DNA from: an uncultured virus (IMG/VR IMGVR_UViG_3300035498_001325)
Taxonomy: Duplodnaviria; Heunggongvirae; Uroviricota; Caudoviricetes
Strand: one strand, 5' to 3'
IMG/VR virus record: IMGVR_UViG_3300035498_001325
DNA: 64,000 bases
Shown here: in pieces, positions 19,959 to 30,736 of the stretch
Layout of the letters: every line of letters starts with the position of its first letter
How positions within the stretch are numbered: the stretch's first letter is position 1
Notes under the pieces: generated by a model
Seen by the model: only the letters and a program-made list of their open reading frames with translations
What the model was told of the DNA's origin: nothing
The model's database searches: none
Program-made: the position numbers and the translations under genes

Positions 19959-22900
19959 TTATGCTTTACGAACCAATCTTTTAATTTTAGCTTGTATAAG
20001 GCGTTTTGTCCTCTTTTTAGCAAATGTTCTTCTATATATATCATCGTTATAACCACCATTTTCTATTTGTGTTAAAACACTTTTTTGATATTTCAGTACA
20101 TCTTCTATTTCAGTATCTCCAATACCTGCCTTTGATATTGCATTACGTATTTTATAAAAGCACTTCATACACTTTATGATTTTCTCCATATCATCTTTAA
20201 AATTAGAAAACATATCTTTGTGTTTATCATTTTCATTATAAATATCTTTTAAAATTTTCATACTATCATTTGAACCAAAAACATTGCCTATATCTGATTT
20301 TTTTAATTTAATTAATAGTCGCAAGGGATTAATATCTTCAAGAGTATAATCTTCTTCTGTTTCAACTATATCTTTTAAGTCTTCTAAATCAAAATCATCA
20401 TATATTTGTTTTTTGTAAAATAATTGCGAAAGCCTATCTTGATTTTTAGGCTTTACTGCTAAATCAACAAAACCATTTTTATCTTCTTGTGAAGATAATT
20501 GCACAATACAAGTTGAAAACCAAGATATGTTATTTTCGTTTTCTATAAAATCTTTAAAATCTTCTGGATATTGTTCTTTGAAGTAAATAAGTGATTTTTT
20601 ATCTTCACTTTTAAATTTATTAAGAAATTCTTTTATTTTTTTAATAATGACATTTTCTTTTTTTGTTTTCTTTTTTGAGTCAGAGTCAGAATCAAAGAAA
20701 TCTGGAAGATTTAATGTTGTATTGTTTTCAAATATCTTATTACAATCTGATTCGGAAAGTATTCCATTATCTACCATATCCTTTAATTTTTTACGAAAAC
20801 CCATTAAATTATCAGAGTTTTTAATTAATGTTTCTAACATAGCTTTATCTGAAATAAATTTTGTACAATATAAAAATGTTTCTACTGTGATTCTTCCTTT
20901 CAATGCTTCATAATTTTTTATGTTATTAACACATACGTCAATAACATCCCTATCTGATTCCCAATGTTTTTTATATTTTTCAATCAATTCAAACACAACA
21001 CTTAATTGTTCATAATCTAATTCAGTAGAAGAATTAATAACATATTTATATACATCGCTATTTTCATCTAATTTATTTTGAATTAAAAATTTAAATAAAA
21101 GCAATGAACCTTCGTGTTCACTAAAATCTTTATAAATTTCATCTATTTCATTATATCCAATAATATTACCAAATAAAAAAATAAAATCATTATCTGTGGT
21201 TATGTTACTTAATTTATCGGCAGTACCACCATTCAATATGAAATCAGCTACATCACAAAATCTTGTAGCTTTGTTTTTCCCGTTTTGAATTATAGTTAAT
21301 TTTAATATTTTCTTTAAATCTTCCCCATTGTCTTGTAATTTTTTATAACTTTCTACTGCATTTGCAAAATTGTTTTCTGATGTGGCAAATCCATTCTTTG
21401 TTAAAATATTTATTATATCAGTATCTTTTATTCCTACTCCTCTATTTGTATCTTTTACTTGACTAATTGCGTGTAATCTTATATAATGAATACTATCATA
21501 ATCTAAATCAACCATACTTTTTACTTGGTCATAAGATAATGGTTCTGATTTATCATTATCTTTCGTTTTTCCCACTAAACAATAATTTAATTCTTCCATT
21601 ATTTGTACAGATAAGTTAGAGTTTAACAATAAATTAAAACCTTCCGAACTGATTTTTCCTTCTTGTTTTGTTTTTGACAAAAAATCAATTTGTTCTTGTG
21701 TAAAATTTTGACTTGCATAATTTATCATTTGGTCTTTTGTAAAACCAATATTTGACAAAAATACAAGATTCTGCATTTCTTGCAATGTGAGATTGTATTT
21801 ATTATCAAAAATAATTTCCATAACTTCTTTTTTTATTTTTGAATAATTATCCTTTAAATAGTTTAACTCATCAGGAGATAATTTAGACATATTTTCTCTT
21901 GTAAAGAATTTGCCATTGCCTCTTGTAATAGGTTCTCCTTTTTTATTTTTAGGTACAAGGTTGTCTAATGTTTTATTTAGTTTCTTTTGGAAAGATTTTT
22001 CTGAATGTATTGTTTGATTTTTTTCATTTATTACATCTATATTTCCTTTCTCATCTAATGGGTATAATGGATTACAAATACTATTTATTGCCTTATTAAT
22101 ATCATTTTCTTTATTGTTTTTTATAAAATTGACAACTGCATTAAAATGTTTTACATCTAAATTAGATAAAAATACTTTATCGGCAAATTGCATTATTTTT
22201 TCATTATTAAGAGCTTCATGGTAAGTTTGTCTTAGTTTAGGTTCTAAATCATTTTTACAATACTTAACGACATATTTAACATCAATACCTTTTTCTAAAT
22301 CCGTTAAAAGCATTTTTACAAACGAACCATTTTTAATTAAATCCACATTACTTTTTAACGCATTAAAAACTTCTTTGTAAGGGCTACCATTACCACTTAC
22401 TTTTATTTTATCTGAGTACAAAAAGAATACTGTATGAATATTATCTATACTATAATGTTCGCTAACAAAATACTTAAAAAAGTTTTCAAGATTATTATAG
22501 TCTTTTATACCGCTCGCAAAAGAAGATAATACCTGTGCTAATGCTCTTTGTTTTGATTTAGATTCATCATAACTTTCTATTATATTTAAAAGTTTTTTCT
22601 CGGTAGATTTATCATTAATATTTCTGATTTTTACTGTACTTCTACCTCTGTCATTTGATGAATTATCTTGCTTATTCTGTTCAATTTTTGTGTCAATTTC
22701 ATTTTCTTCAAGAATTTCTTCTATTGGTTTTCTTATATTATCATAATATATGTTTAATTTATTGTTTTGTGAATCTTCTGCATTTTTGGAAACAATACTC
22801 TTAAATTGGTCTTTAAATATTCTATCTATATCTGATTTTACTTTATTTGCTTTTATGTCATCATTTAATAATGAGTTTTTATATAAACTTTCTAAAGCAT

Positions 22901-23096
22901 CATAGTCAGACATATTACCTATTTTATCTTTAAACCATTTAATTTTGTCTTGGTCTGAATAGTTAATAGTTTTTTTTGGATTTTTTGGATTATGAAAAAT
23001 AATCCCATTAGCATTAATTAATTTTAATATATATTCATCAAAATTATCAGGATAACCATTAGCAGCTATCCTATTCATAATTCTATTACTTCTCAT
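19959..23096 (-). CDS. Large (1045 aa) hypothetical protein ending in a KRLVRKA tag
   Basis: Long ORF; SD gaggag; terminator at about 19920-19947. Confidence 0.8.
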   Translation of the reverse strand: MRSNRIMNRIAANGYPDNFDEYILKLINANGIIFHNPKNPKKTINYSDQDKIKWFKDKIGNMSDYDALESLYKNSLLNDDIKANKVKSDIDRIFKDQFKSIVSKNAEDSQNNKLNIYYDNIRKPIEEILEENEIDTKIEQNKQDNSSNDRGRSTVKIRNINDKSTEKKLLNIIESYDESKSKQRALAQVLSSFASGIKDYNNLENFFKYFVSEHYSIDNIHTVFFLYSDKIKVSGNGSPYKEVFNALKSNVDLIKNGSFVKMLLTDLEKGIDVKYVVKYCKNDLEPKLRQTYHEALNNEKIMQFADKVFLSNLDVKHFNAVVNFIKNNKENDINKAINSICNPLYPLDEKGNIDVINEKNQTIHSEKSFQKKLNKTLDNLVPKNKKGEPITRGNGKFFTRENMSKLSPDELNYLKDNYSKIKKEVMEIIFDNKYNLTLQEMQNLVFLSNIGFTKDQMINYASQNFTQEQIDFLSKTKQEGKISSEGFNLLLNSNLSVQIMEELNYCLVGKTKDNDKSEPLSYDQVKSMVDLDYDSIHYIRLHAISQVKDTNRGVGIKDTDIINILTKNGFATSENNFANAVESYKKLQDNGEDLKKILKLTIIQNGKNKATRFCDVADFILNGGTADKLSNITTDNDFIFLFGNIIGYNEIDEIYKDFSEHEGSLLLFKFLIQNKLDENSDVYKYVINSSTELDYEQLSVVFELIEKYKKHWESDRDVIDVCVNNIKNYEALKGRITVETFLYCTKFISDKAMLETLIKNSDNLMGFRKKLKDMVDNGILSESDCNKIFENNTTLNLPDFFDSDSDSKKKTKKENVIIKKIKEFLNKFKSEDKKSLIYFKEQYPEDFKDFIENENNISWFSTCIVQLSSQEDKNGFVDLAVKPKNQDRLSQLFYKKQIYDDFDLEDLKDIVETEEDYTLEDINPLRLLIKLKKSDIGNVFGSNDSMKILKDIYNENDKHKDMFSNFKDDMEKIIKCMKCFYKIRNAISKAGIGDTEIEDVLKYQKSVLTQIENGGYNDDIYRRTFAKKRTKRLIQAKIKRLVRKA

Positions 23097-23228
23097 TTTA
23101 AGCTCTCCTCTAATTTAAAAAATTTCGTACTTCTTTATAATTTTAATATATGTTTTTTTGGTTTTTATTAAAAAAGCCATTTAATAGTTATATATATTTA
23201 TGACTAAATAGAAAGGAGGTTTATAGGC

Positions 23229-23435
23229 GTGGAAATATTTTTATTATTTTTCTTTTATTTAAAGATATTTTTACCATTTGTAATCGTATGGTTAATCTTA
23301 TCTAAAATAGTAATTGCTATTTTTAATAAAAAGGAAGATTTCTTTCTTAATTTATTAAATAATTTTGTTACGTTTTTCTTTTTTGTTTCCATAATAATGT
23401 ACATAGTTTCTTGTGTATATTTCGAACTTATTTAA
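23229..23435 (+). CDS. Small membrane protein
   Basis: SD aaggagg, GTG start, two hydrophobic segments. Confidence 0.5.
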   Translation: MEIFLLFFFYLKIFLPFVIVWLILSKIVIAIFNKKEDFFLNLLNNFVTFFFFVSIIMYIVSCVYFELI

Positions 23436-23495
23436 AGGAGGAAAAATATTATGGCTGTTATTTTTGTTTATATGGATAATGTTTTATATATGTGG

Positions 23496-23562
23496 TATTT
23501 GAAATAGTTATAACATTTATCCTATAGCTATAATTCAATAAAAGTATAGGAAATGGAATTAA
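23496..23562 (+). promoter_or_regulatory. Conserved palindromic element, copy 1
   Basis: TATTTGA..TATAACA..TCCTATA-N18-TATAGGAAATGGAATTAA; recurs at 30737-30800. Confidence 0.6.
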
Positions 23563-23603
23563 TTTATTCAAATACTATAAATATATAAGATTAAGAAAGT
23601 GAG

Positions 23604-24746
23604 GTGCTAAAAAACTTGAAAGTTTTATGTACAGCAGATATACACATAGGACAACAGGCTTATAGTAAAATTGATATAACAACAGGACTTAATACAAGAG
23701 TTCTTCACGGGCTTAAAGTTCTTGATGAAATGATTGATTATGCTATAAATAATGATGTTGAAGTTTTTGCTTTTGCAGGAGATTTTTATAAGAACAATCT
23801 TCCATCCCCTACAATTCAAAATGAGGTAAACAAAAGGATTAAAAGGTTATCTGATAATAATATATTATCTTTTATATTAGACGGTAATCACGATGTATCT
23901 AAATTAGAGAGTGCAAAGTCAGCATTAAAAACATTTAGTACATTAAATATTTCAAATATTATTCATAGTAAGTTCTTAAATGAATATATTTATACTGCTA
24001 AGAATAATAAGAAATATAAATTTGTTATGTTGCCTACTTATGCAACAAAGGAAGAATTAGAAGATATTATTAACAATATTGACTATACTTATCCAACCAT
24101 ATTTATAGGACACCTTACAATTAGAGGTGCTTTATTAAATGATTGGTTAATTGAAGATAAGGAAGAATATATTGATAAGGATATTTTCAATAGAGATAAT
24201 GTAATAGCTGTTATCTTAGGACACTTACATAAATATCAAATATTAGATAATTCTCCTTTAATGTTTTATACAGGTTCACCTGATAGAATAGATTTCGGTG
24301 AGGAAAAACAAGAAAAGGGTTTTGTAGTCTTAGATATTGATGAAAAAGTTGATTATACTTTTATTCCTAATAATGCAGAGAAGTTTAAAACTATAAAAAT
24401 AAATATTCGTGATATTGAAGATAATATCGAAGAATATATTAAAGACGAAATTACTTTACAACAAAAAAACATTAATGATTCAATTACAAGAATTATTATT
24501 GATATGAACACAGACCAAGTTTTTGATGATAAGAATATTTATGAATATATAAATCAATATTCACCAAAATATATTCTTAACATACAGAAAAACTACAATA
24601 CTAAAAAACATCAAAGAAATTCAAACATTACAAGCGATTTATCTATTGATAAGGCTTTAGAATTATTCTATGAAAACAAAAATAGGAGTGCTGAAAGAAT
24701 TATCTTAGGTAAGCAAATTTGTAATGAAGTGTTAAATGCCGAATGA
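23604..24746 (+). CDS. sbcD: SbcD/Mre11-family nuclease
   Basis: ADIHIG, AGDFY, GNHD, GHL, LGHLH, YTGSPDRIDFGE. Confidence 0.9.
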   Translation: MLKNLKVLCTADIHIGQQAYSKIDITTGLNTRVLHGLKVLDEMIDYAINNDVEVFAFAGDFYKNNLPSPTIQNEVNKRIKRLSDNNILSFILDGNHDVSKLESAKSALKTFSTLNISNIIHSKFLNEYIYTAKNNKKYKFVMLPTYATKEELEDIINNIDYTYPTIFIGHLTIRGALLNDWLIEDKEEYIDKDIFNRDNVIAVILGHLHKYQILDNSPLMFYTGSPDRIDFGEEKQEKGFVVLDIDEKVDYTFIPNNAEKFKTIKINIRDIEDNIEEYIKDEITLQQKNINDSITRIIIDMNTDQVFDDKNIYEYINQYSPKYILNIQKNYNTKKHQRNSNITSDLSIDKALELFYENKNRSAERIILGKQICNEVLNAE

Positions 24747-25602
24747 GATACAAGTAAATCTATTATCTGAAACAGAACAAAAGAATTTATTAAGTACAAA
24801 AATAGATTTACAATTATTAGACGATTTCTTTATTATAAATTTTAAAGATTTTACTCTTAATAATCAGGAATATATATTAAAGAAATGGAGTAGTTATTTA
24901 TTAGAAACAAAAGATAAGACTTTAGCAAATAATACCCTTGCTAAAATAAAGAAAAATAATATTGATTTTAATAGATTTATTGCTCATTATTCTGAATCTG
25001 AGCTTTTTATATTTAAAAGAAAATATTTAAAAAGAATGAGTAATTTTGATAGAAATGAAAAAAATAAGAATACTTTAGTTAAAGCATTTATTAAAAGAAT
25101 TTTAAATATTTATAATGACAATGAACCTTTAACTAAGTATTTTATAGAAAACATTCTTTATCAATCATCAGATTTATCTTTAGCAAATCTATTAGCTTTT
25201 TATGATGATGAATTTAAGAAAAGCAATAAAAAAGGAAGTTCTTATCTTATAGTAAAGCATATTGTTTGGGATATAAGTTCTTTATATAATATGCTTGATG
25301 TTTATAATGATGATGTATATAAAAATCATTTAAATAGGAATATAGTAAAATTCCAAAATAAGTTTTTATATATGGAATTAAATAAATATAGCAGATATTA
25401 TAGAAATAACTTTTCTGATTTAAGCTCTTTTATGGCTGCTTATATAGATTTTATAGACGATAAAGATTATAAAAAATATATGAAATATTTTCAAAAATCA
25501 GCATTAACAGCAAGCAATATAAATTTCAATAGTGAAAAATTATCTTTTGTAAAAGATAAAACAATATTAAATGGTTTAATTATGTACCATAAATTACATT
25601 AA
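24736..25602 (+). CDS. Hypothetical protein, paralogue of 25621..26550
   Basis: Ends KDKTILNGLIMYHKLH. Confidence 0.75.
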   Translation: MPNEIQVNLLSETEQKNLLSTKIDLQLLDDFFIINFKDFTLNNQEYILKKWSSYLLETKDKTLANNTLAKIKKNNIDFNRFIAHYSESELFIFKRKYLKRMSNFDRNEKNKNTLVKAFIKRILNIYNDNEPLTKYFIENILYQSSDLSLANLLAFYDDEFKKSNKKGSSYLIVKHIVWDISSLYNMLDVYNDDVYKNHLNRNIVKFQNKFLYMELNKYSRYYRNNFSDLSSFMAAYIDFIDDKDYKKYMKYFQKSALTASNINFNSEKLSFVKDKTILNGLIMYHKLH

Positions 25603-25620
25603 CGAAGAAAGGAAAATGTT

Positions 25621-26550
25621 ATGGAACTTACTGAATTTAACGCACAAATGAAGAATGTAAAGAATATGACTCAGGAAGAACAAACAAAATTTATAAATGA
25701 AGTATTTTATTCCGCAATACAATATGTAGGTGTTGCTTCATTTACAAATAATTTTAAATATTTTTCAGAAAAGTCAAAAGAATTGATTTACTTTAAAATT
25801 GGCTTTACATTTAAAGATATATATAGCAATAATTTTTATACACTTACTTCTAAAACAAGATTTTTCGTTTTTGTAAAAAATACAGAAGAATTTGATATTG
25901 ATGCTGTATTTTCTACATTAAGTCTTGAAGATTTAAGTATAATATCCAAAACTCCATCAATTTATAACAAGATAAAAAAGTATGCTCGCTTATACTTATC
26001 TTTCTTAAATTCTATATTTAATAGAATAAATGATGATGATGAATTATTACAAGTCTTTAAACAGTCAAACGTATTTGTTCAACAATATATATTAGATGAG
26101 TTTGATAAAAACTTTGTTGAAAAGGATAAAAAATTAAGTTTCTTAATAATAAGGAGATTTGCTTATTTGTTAAGAGATGTTAATGACGTTGTTGGTATTG
26201 GTTACGATTATCCTTATTACACTTATTATGCTAAAATGTTAGAAGCAAGAAGAGAGTTTAGACAAACTATTCAAAATGAATTTATGTATAATAAAATGAA
26301 GAAATATTATACACATTATTCAAGAAGATTTAAAGACTTTATTAGTGTATGGCTTACATATAAATGCTTTATTTTGGAAGATGAAGAAATGTATGAAGAA
26401 TTCATCAGAAAACTTAGACAATTCGGAATGAATGAAACTATCTCAACTTATTACTTTGAGAGATTAAGTAAAGAAGATTTTCTCAAAGAAAAAGATAAGC
26501 CAATATTAGACTCATTGCTTATGTATAGAAAAATCAAGGGGGTAAGATAA
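25621..26550 (+). CDS. Hypothetical protein, paralogue of 24736..25602
   Basis: Ends KDKPILDSLLMYRKIKGVR; shared DEF-K..KK-S-LI and QN-F-Y blocks. Confidence 0.75.
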   Translation: MELTEFNAQMKNVKNMTQEEQTKFINEVFYSAIQYVGVASFTNNFKYFSEKSKELIYFKIGFTFKDIYSNNFYTLTSKTRFFVFVKNTEEFDIDAVFSTLSLEDLSIISKTPSIYNKIKKYARLYLSFLNSIFNRINDDDELLQVFKQSNVFVQQYILDEFDKNFVEKDKKLSFLIIRRFAYLLRDVNDVVGIGYDYPYYTYYAKMLEARREFRQTIQNEFMYNKMKKYYTHYSRRFKDFISVWLTYKCFILEDEEMYEEFIRKLRQFGMNETISTYYFERLSKEDFLKEKDKPILDSLLMYRKIKGVR

Positions 26551-26551
26551 A

Positions 26552-27181
26552 ATGGATATTATAAATAAAGATTATAAAGAAATTCCTGAGAAAAATTATG
26601 AGGAAATTATTGAGGAAACATCATTTACAAATGCTTCTATGGCAGATATTGAAAGATTAACAGAAAATATTATTGCAGGTTTACCTAAGTTAGATAAATT
26701 TGCAATAAGAAAAGAAATAGAGCAGATGATTGTAAATGTGCCTGAAAGTCCTACAACATTTGATATAAACCAAGGTTTAGCTTTAAGCCAAGCATACAGA
26801 GATAGATTAACAGAGGTTTATCTTAAAATTTCAAAGGAAGTTAAGATAAGAAAAAGATGTATCGAAATGTTATTCGATGCTAATAACTTTGTAAGTAAGG
26901 CTTCAAGTGCTGATAAGAGAAAAGGCGAAGCAAGTTTAAAATATCCTATGCAATTACTTCAATATGAAAATGCAAGTGCATTTATGGTTGAAATTGAGCA
27001 GGTATTAAATAATATGAAAACAATATTTGATACAATCAGTAGACAAGGTAGTATGCTTTCCTTACAGGTTCAGTTAGGTGAATATAGAAAGAAGAATAAT
27101 TCATCATTATTCGATGAGGAAGATAGTAATGATGAAAATGGTGCAGAAGAAAGAGAAACAGTAAAAGAATTAAGTTGGTAA
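26552..27181 (+). CDS. Helical protein with acidic tail; possible recombination mediator
   Basis: Coiled-coil character and position before the SSB genes; function is a guess. Confidence 0.55.
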   Translation: MDIINKDYKEIPEKNYEEIIEETSFTNASMADIERLTENIIAGLPKLDKFAIRKEIEQMIVNVPESPTTFDINQGLALSQAYRDRLTEVYLKISKEVKIRKRCIEMLFDANNFVSKASSADKRKGEASLKYPMQLLQYENASAFMVEIEQVLNNMKTIFDTISRQGSMLSLQVQLGEYRKKNNSSLFDEEDSNDENGAEERETVKELSW

Positions 27182-27263
27182 AAAAATTTTAAAAAGTGGT
27201 TTAAAAATAGAAAGTTTCTATATATAATACAATGTAGTTAAAACTACACAAAAAAATAAATAA

Positions 27264-27917
27264 ATGTCTTTTGAAAAAGACCAAGAAAAGGAGCGAATTA
27301 ATATGTCAACAAGATTTGATATGTCATGGGGCGATGTAACGTCCAATAATAGTAATGGAGGTCCTACTGCTAATTATTTAAAGTTGCAGAATGGCGAAAA
27401 CAAGATGAGAGTTGTTTCCGCACCTTCTAAGATTGAACTCCACTGGGAAGAAACAGTTGATGGTGCAAAGAAGAGAATTGTATGTATTGGTGCTAAGTGT
27501 CCTATTTGTAAAAAGGGCAAGTCACCTCAGATTAGATTTCAGGTTAAGGTGCTTGATAGAGCAGATGGTGAAGTAAAGGTTCTCGAATGTGGTAAGCAGA
27601 TTATTTCTTCAATTAAGAATTATGCTGTTGACCCTGACTATGGTGACCCAACTAAGTATGATATTAAGATTAAGAAGGAAGGTACTGGTAGAGATACCAA
27701 GTATAGTATTCTTCCATCTCCAAATAAAGGTGATTTAACTTCTGAGGAACTTGCAAAGGTAGAAGAAGCTCCTACTATTGCAGAGATTAACAAGTTCAGA
27801 AGTGTTGATGATATCTATTCAATGCAGTTAAGATGTTTGGCTGATTCTATTGCTGATTTAGCAGAAGAAGATGATACTACTATTACAGGTGATGACCCAG
27901 ATTGGGCTGATTTATAA
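27264..27917 (+). CDS. Phage single-stranded DNA-binding protein (gp32-like, Zn motif)
   Basis: HW..C..CPIC, YGDPTKYDIKIKKEGTG..TKY, acidic tail. Confidence 0.7.
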   Translation: MSFEKDQEKERINMSTRFDMSWGDVTSNNSNGGPTANYLKLQNGENKMRVVSAPSKIELHWEETVDGAKKRIVCIGAKCPICKKGKSPQIRFQVKVLDRADGEVKVLECGKQIISSIKNYAVDPDYGDPTKYDIKIKKEGTGRDTKYSILPSPNKGDLTSEELAKVEEAPTIAEINKFRSVDDIYSMQLRCLADSIADLAEEDDTTITGDDPDWADL

Positions 27918-27938
27918 GATTTAAAGGAGAAAAATTAA

Positions 27939-28589
27939 ATGGAAAATACAAGTGTAAATACAATTGAAATTATTGGTACAATTTCAGCAGAACCTAAGTT
28001 TAACCACGAATATTATGGTGAAAATTTCTATACTTTTGAAGTTACAACAAATAGATTAAGCGATACTGATGATGTTCTTCCTGGTATTGTTTCAGATAGA
28101 CTTATTAATATTGAAGAACTTGCTGTTGGTGCAAGAGTTAAGCTTACAGGTCAGTTAAGGTCTTACAATGTTAAGGAAGAAGAAAGGTCAAGACTTGTTC
28201 TTAAAGTATTTGTTAGAGAGATTTCTGTTTTAACAGAAGAAGCGGAAGATAGTAATGTAATTGAGCTTAATGGTTTTATCTGTAAGCCTACTGTTTACAG
28301 ACAGACACCAAAGGGCAGAGAAATTTGTGATGTAATTGTTGCAGCTAACAGAGCTTTCGGTAAGAGTGATTATATTCCTACTATCTGTTGGGGTAGAAAT
28401 GCTAAATTCGCTAAGAATCTTGAAGTAGGTGACAATGTAAAGCTTACAGGTAGATTCCAGAGCAGAGAATATAGTAAGAGAACAGGTGAAGATACATATA
28501 CAACAAGAACAGCTTATGAAGTATCTGTATCAAGAATTGAATGTATTACCTCAACAACAAGCGAGGAAGTAACTGAGCCTGCTGAGTAA
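27939..28589 (+). CDS. ssb: Tandem-OB single-stranded DNA-binding protein, clostridial type
   Basis: Two SSB repeats; YRQTPKGREICD, NRAFGKSDYIP..WGRNA, GRFQSREY. Confidence 0.85.
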   Translation: MENTSVNTIEIIGTISAEPKFNHEYYGENFYTFEVTTNRLSDTDDVLPGIVSDRLINIEELAVGARVKLTGQLRSYNVKEEERSRLVLKVFVREISVLTEEAEDSNVIELNGFICKPTVYRQTPKGREICDVIVAANRAFGKSDYIPTICWGRNAKFAKNLEVGDNVKLTGRFQSREYSKRTGEDTYTTRTAYEVSVSRIECITSTTSEEVTEPAE

Positions 28590-28727
28590 TATTTATAAAA
28601 TATAACCCCTACAAAAATATTCTATAAATGTTATTTTTAAATATCTCCACAAAAAAGGAAACCTTAATTGGTTTCCTTTTTTTATTTATTAATTTTCTTA
28701 ATTCTTCTTATGACATAGCCGTTCTTA

Positions 28728-29260
28728 TTATTCAAATATATCATTATATATATTGTAAGTTGTATCAATATGAGTTTCCACAAAATTTTTAAAATCAAGT
28801 AGCTTGTCCCAATCTTTACTTACAAGAATAATATTCATTTTTTTACAGTTATAAAATTTATTATTCTTATAAAAATTTTCTATAATATAAGCATATTCTT
28901 TAAATTCATCAAGACTTATTTCGTGATGTGCTAATGAATCTAATAGTCCATTATAACCAACCACACCTAATATATCATAATAAGCACCACTCTTTGTAGT
29001 AAAACAATCTAAGCCTTTTACTTTAAACATAAATCTTAATTCATCATCCACAATATCTTCGTTAGCCAATCTAAAATTGGGTAGTGGAAAGTCTGTTCTT
29101 ATTAATTTTAAATCGTATATAATATGTAAGTCATATTCTTTACGTAATTTATTAAAATTAATGTTTTGTTCAGAACAATATTTCAAAATATCTTTAATTA
29201 TATTTAAAGAATTATCCCTAAAGTGACTTGTATAAGCTGCGTATAATTCAGTTTCCATAG
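28728..29260 (-). CDS. Hypothetical protein (start approximate; probably METEL near 29258)
   Basis: ORF coupled to the upstream gene; weak similarity to 2586..3071. Confidence 0.65.
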
Positions 29261-29944
29261 TTAATTTCCCTTTCTGTACTCCTTTAATCCTAAACATTCA
29301 TCAATAACATAATCAAAACGCTTTGTATATTCCATATTCTTAAACTTTGTATAATTTTCTACATTCAACCTACAAGTAATAGGAATGTATTGACTATTTT
29401 CAGCACGATTATATTCAGGGATATCTTTAATCTTTAACTCTTTATTGATGATTCTTTCATCATTTTTTAAAGCTTCAATACAATCTTCAAGATTATATTT
29501 CCCATTAGTAAGATTACTATTAATATAATCAATAACAATAGCCTGTGGAATTAAATTGAATTGTATATCATATAATCTATCGTCAGCAAAATACAATAAA
29601 ACGATGGTATTGTTTTCGTCATTATAATTATCTTCATCAGGGATTAACATTACTTCATTGGTCAAATAACGAATATTACCGTCCAAATAATCATTTAAAT
29701 CTTTTTTAGTAATTAAAAAAGGTGTAAGTGGTTTATTGTTGTAAGTAATTGTTCTCTTAATCGTATTAAGAGTGTTATCAACCTTATCAATTTCTTCTTT
29801 GAAATTGAAGCCTGTATTTCTTTTAATGATTTCCTCACCTGCATATAATTCATCAATATATAATAACAATTCACTATTCTCAACTTCATAGGTGGTAATT
29901 CTTCTTATAATATTTAAATTAAAGTTTTTTGTATTCATAATCAT
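29261..29944 (-). CDS. Hypothetical protein
   Basis: SD aaggagg; promoter at 29969-29997. Confidence 0.75.
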   Translation of the reverse strand: MIMNTKNFNLNIIRRITTYEVENSELLLYIDELYAGEEIIKRNTGFNFKEEIDKVDNTLNTIKRTITYNNKPLTPFLITKKDLNDYLDGNIRYLTNEVMLIPDEDNYNDENNTIVLLYFADDRLYDIQFNLIPQAIVIDYINSNLTNGKYNLEDCIEALKNDERIINKELKIKDIPEYNRAENSQYIPITCRLNVENYTKFKNMEYTKRFDYVIDECLGLKEYRKGN

Positions 29945-29968
29945 TCCTCCTTTTTTTGTTGTAACTAT

Positions 29969-29997
29969 ATTATATCACATTTTTTATTATTTGTCAA
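29969..29997 (-). promoter_or_regulatory. Sigma-A type promoter
   Basis: TTGACA-17-TATAAT with TG. Confidence 0.8.
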
Positions 29998-30062
29998 GTA
30001 AAAATATAGTTATTTTTAACATTATTGTATGTATTTTAAAAAATAAAAAGAGGTATTCGATT

Positions 30063-30698
30063 ATGATTAAAAGATTAGTTAGAAAAGCAGATGACGATAA
30101 TATAGTTTCACAAATAAAAGACCTTAAAAATCAATTAAATATTAACCTTCATATTAGCGATAATGATATTACAAGTAATGAAGATTTTTTTAGAAAAATT
30201 CTTGAACTTGATGGCAATAGAGCAGCCATTGTATTATCTTTGTTGACCAATAGCAATATATCTGTGTTTAAGAAGTTAGTTGACTTTGATAATAGAAAAT
30301 TCGATATTTATGCACCATTATTAAAGTATAATGAAATTGATGAATCAACATTTGACGATTTCTGTAATTTAAATTTTAATGATGCAATAAAATCTACTAT
30401 AACAAGTTTATATGGTGGTAAGCAGTTAGATGTTTCAACTCTTGAAAAAATTATTGAATTAAGTAAGTCAGGTGATTTACAGGAAGAAACTATAAAATTT
30501 ATTATAGAGAATATTAGAAACTTTTCTACGCCCGAAGCTATTGTTAAAATTGTAGCAGTATTTGCAATTGCTGATACTTATGAGAAGTATAAAAATGATA
30601 AAGATTTTATTTTAGATAATTATACTGCATTTATGAATGTTTCAAATGATGTTAATAGTTTTGATGAATTATATGAAAAGCTCAAAGGAAATAATTAA
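30063..30698 (+). CDS. Hypothetical protein with KRL tag (start revised to 30063)
   Basis: SD gaggt then MIKRLVRKAD; terminator at about 30710-30737. Confidence 0.75.
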   Translation: MIKRLVRKADDDNIVSQIKDLKNQLNINLHISDNDITSNEDFFRKILELDGNRAAIVLSLLTNSNISVFKKLVDFDNRKFDIYAPLLKYNEIDESTFDDFCNLNFNDAIKSTITSLYGGKQLDVSTLEKIIELSKSGDLQEETIKFIIENIRNFSTPEAIVKIVAVFAIADTYEKYKNDKDFILDNYTAFMNVSNDVNSFDELYEKLKGNN

Positions 30699-30736
30699 AT
30701 AATTTATTAAAAGGACGATGAATACCGTCCTTTTTT

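Noticed and set aside
23451..23507. 18-codon ORF with SD aaggagg
   Set aside because: Too short, overlaps the conserved element, and has no other support.
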